A stretch of DNA of 64,000 bases from Spirochaetia bacterium. GTDB taxonomy: Bacteria; Spirochaetota; Spirochaetia; DSM-16054; Sediminispirochaetaceae. How positions within the stretch are numbered: position 1 is the stretch's first letter; each line of letters starts with the position of its first letter. The stretch lies in the NCBI GenBank assembly GCA_034520965.1, contig JAXHMY010000003.1:640001-704000 (forward strand), in the 5' to 3' direction. Position numbers and translations under genes: made by a program. Under the pieces are notes generated by a model, which was not told the DNA's origin, searched no databases, and saw nothing but the letters and a program-made list of their open reading frames with translations. Below are positions 61,707 to 64,000 of this stretch, piece after piece.

Positions 61707-63923
61707 TTATTGCGATGTGTAGTCCCCCAAGACAGTCACAATTCCGAGGAATCCATCCACAGTCAGGACCTCTCCTGTCTGAAAGGCCTTGGTTGCCTTC
61801 GGAATACCCGTAATGCAGGGGATACCGTATTCCCGGGCAATTATTGCACCATGGACCAGCATTCCTCCCCGCCGCTCCACAATAGCGGCCACCAGCGGAA
61901 TAACAAAGGTGATGGTAGGATCAATGGAATCACAAACCAGAATTTCACCGGGTTGGACTTCAAAAAGGTCTTCAGCGTTCTCTATCACCCGGGCTCTGCC
62001 GGTCGCAATGCCCTCACTTGCACTGGTGCCGGTGATTTGGCGCGGTTTTACCCGGATATCCTGCCCCGCCACTACTCCAAAGGCTTTCATACTCTGCTCG
62101 CGTGCAATACCCTGGGAAGCACGAGGTTCATCTTCGGGGGTGGATGTTTTTCCCGGAATTTCACGCTGTACAGGGGTTTTTCGGGCAGTATCCCCCACAT
62201 CGCCCTGGCGTCGGGCCTGTTCATCCCGCACGCGGAGGTACTCTCCTTGAATTTTCGAAACCTGGAGGTTGTCATCATCTCTCAATCGATAACTGATTCG
62301 AGCCAGTTCAAGGAGTCCCGGCCCGTCATCCCGTCCGAGTGCCTGCATTGCACTGAGAAAGGAGTTTTCGAGTTGTGCGCGTTTTTCCATTTGACCCTTG
62401 TGGTCGTTTTCTTTGAGAGCGGCGGTTTTCGAAAGCCGTCGGGCCAGCTGCACTAGTTGATTCATATCCTTGAAAAGCCGGGTATCGAAGAAGGCGGCAT
62501 CTCCATAGTTTTCCATGAATTGGTTTAATTCGACCTGCAGTTCAAGCGGCAGCTTCTCCACAGTGTGGGCCTGCGGATAGGAGTCTAAACGCTCTCCCAA
62601 TCGTTTCAATTCGCCGTTTCTGCGGAGACTTTCCATCTGTTCATGGCTCAACAACTCGATAAACTCAAAGGGAGAATCGGGCTGGATAACCCGGTTGTAG
62701 ACCTCGCCGAAGAGGCGGCTTCCGTGGGCAAATGGAATAAACAGATCCCAATAGGTATGTTCCCACTTTTCAAATAGCTCCCTGCGGCGTTGTATTTCCT
62801 CCTCGAGCTGTTGATCATCAAGGCTGTCCAAATTTACAGCTGCCAGCTTAAGGGCAGTTCTTTCCAACTCCGGAAAATAGTGCTCTTGAATCTCCTGTTT
62901 AATTTCCAGGAGTCTGTCATAGGATACATGCAGTGTGCGGTACCAGGCGCGCTTATCATCCATTTGCCACAAAGGTGTTTCATCCCGCTGAAGCACAGTA
63001 ATAGGCCGCGACTGTAGTAGATAAAGAGCACCGCCGGAGAGCGTCCACTCCACATCCTGGGCTCCTCCAAACTTTTGTTCGAGACGGAAGCCCATAGCAG
63101 CTATATCCCGGATGTTCGCCTCGCTCAGGGGCACAGCGCTTTTCGAAGCGGCCACTTCAACTCGTTGGATTCCCTGGCCCGCCGGACGCGCCTCATGGGT
63201 TCTCTCCTGCCGCAGCCATTCCAGCACCCGGCCGCTTTGACGCTCCACAGTGATTCGGTCGGGTGTCACCGTTCCCGATACCAGACCTTCGTTCAGACCC
63301 GGCACTGTTTCTATCAACAGGTGATCAGGGGATTGAATGTTTTCGGTGAAACATACTCCCGATGCTTCGCCTTCGATGAACTTTTGAACTACCACCGCCA
63401 TAGCTGAATCTTCAACCCTCAGATTCAACTCCTTGAAATAGATCAGAGCCCGATCGGACCAGAGAGAACTCCAGACTTCTTTGACTGCATTCAAGACCGA
63501 GGCGGCGCCCCTTACGTTCACTATTGAATCGTGCATACCGGCAAAGGAACTTCCCTGGCTGTCCTCAAAGACCGAAGAAGACCGGATTACCAAAGCTGAG
63601 TCCATAAGCGGTTCGAGCTGGTCCAACAACTGTTGCTGCACAGATTCAGGGAAGGGGGTTTTGAGAAATCTATGCCGTATCTTTTGTGAAAGATCCCACA
63701 CCTCTTCCCAGCGCATCTCCTTTAGTTCTTTGGTTTCGAGGGCCAGGCTGATATCGGCTTGAAGGCCGCTATAATCCACGAACACACGGTATAATTCAGT
63801 ACTTAGAACCATGCCGTCAAGAGGAATTCGAATAGCCATTTTCTGAAGATTATCGAGGACCATGGCCTTGGCGCCGCAGCTTGCAGATTGTTCCGCGGGT
63901 ATGTGTCCAATGGAGTATATCAT
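61707..63923 (-). CDS. PEP-synthase/rifampicin-phosphotransferase-like dikinase (ATP-grasp, central domain, C-terminal His swivel)
   Basis: GAKA, IRSSS..ED....SFAG, MAVVVQ, QDVEW, LQSRPIT; C-terminal GGMLVHGAIIAREYGIP. Confidence 0.88.
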   Translation of the reverse strand: MIYSIGHIPAEQSASCGAKAMVLDNLQKMAIRIPLDGMVLSTELYRVFVDYSGLQADISLALETKELKEMRWEEVWDLSQKIRHRFLKTPFPESVQQQLLDQLEPLMDSALVIRSSSVFEDSQGSSFAGMHDSIVNVRGAASVLNAVKEVWSSLWSDRALIYFKELNLRVEDSAMAVVVQKFIEGEASGVCFTENIQSPDHLLIETVPGLNEGLVSGTVTPDRITVERQSGRVLEWLRQERTHEARPAGQGIQRVEVAASKSAVPLSEANIRDIAAMGFRLEQKFGGAQDVEWTLSGGALYLLQSRPITVLQRDETPLWQMDDKRAWYRTLHVSYDRLLEIKQEIQEHYFPELERTALKLAAVNLDSLDDQQLEEEIQRRRELFEKWEHTYWDLFIPFAHGSRLFGEVYNRVIQPDSPFEFIELLSHEQMESLRRNGELKRLGERLDSYPQAHTVEKLPLELQVELNQFMENYGDAAFFDTRLFKDMNQLVQLARRLSKTAALKENDHKGQMEKRAQLENSFLSAMQALGRDDGPGLLELARISYRLRDDDNLQVSKIQGEYLRVRDEQARRQGDVGDTARKTPVQREIPGKTSTPEDEPRASQGIAREQSMKAFGVVAGQDIRVKPRQITGTSASEGIATGRARVIENAEDLFEVQPGEILVCDSIDPTITFVIPLVAAIVERRGGMLVHGAIIAREYGIPCITGIPKATKAFQTGEVLTVDGFLGIVTVLGDYTSQ

Positions 63924-64000
63924 AGCATTTCCAATACTGTTACGTTTTGAAAATGATGCACCACATCATAACGCTGAACCTTGATTCCCAAGATTGCGTT

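Overview
A 64-kb bacterial chromosomal window, probably from Spirochaetota. That call is an inference from 'AGGQxE/AGQQE'-type N-termini on exported proteins and a Tp15-like FMN-binding protein. Left to right it contains: (1) the tail of a HisKA_2 kinase, a response regulator and an acyl-CoA dehydrogenase; (2) a complete siroheme-dependent (Ahb) heme b operon, sirC-hemA-hemC-cobA/hemD-ahbC-hemB-ahbD-ahbAB-hemL-cbiX; (3) a Tat-signal diheme split-Soret-type cytochrome c with its own System II maturation genes and a divergent tatCBA, flanked by IS debris and a flagellin relic; (4) an FMN-binding protein, a Cache-HAMP diguanylate cyclase and a Dpp ABC transporter with an amidohydrolase; (5) a cNMP-GGDEF(degenerate) plus cNMP-GGDEF-DHH/DHHA1 pair; (6) an uncharacterised envelope locus (Zn-anti-sigma-CBM48, two paralogous secreted helical proteins, a beta-barrel and a cNMP-STAS tandem protein) with twin ECF-type promoters but no sigma factor; (7) a FitAB/VapBC toxin-antitoxin pair and a Wadjet jetABCD system; (8) a homocysteine methyltransferase, an agmatinase and a flavin reductase; (9) an AT-rich sulfatase/GH38/sugar-ABC/MFS/AraC locus; (10) duplicated 11-residue-repeat coiled-coil proteins around a GerMN gene, then an RPH/PEP-synthase-like kinase. 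More than a dozen genes are split by small frameshifts, most likely uncorrected long-read errors, so split genes are reported joined. No rRNA, tRNA or CRISPR array was recognised.
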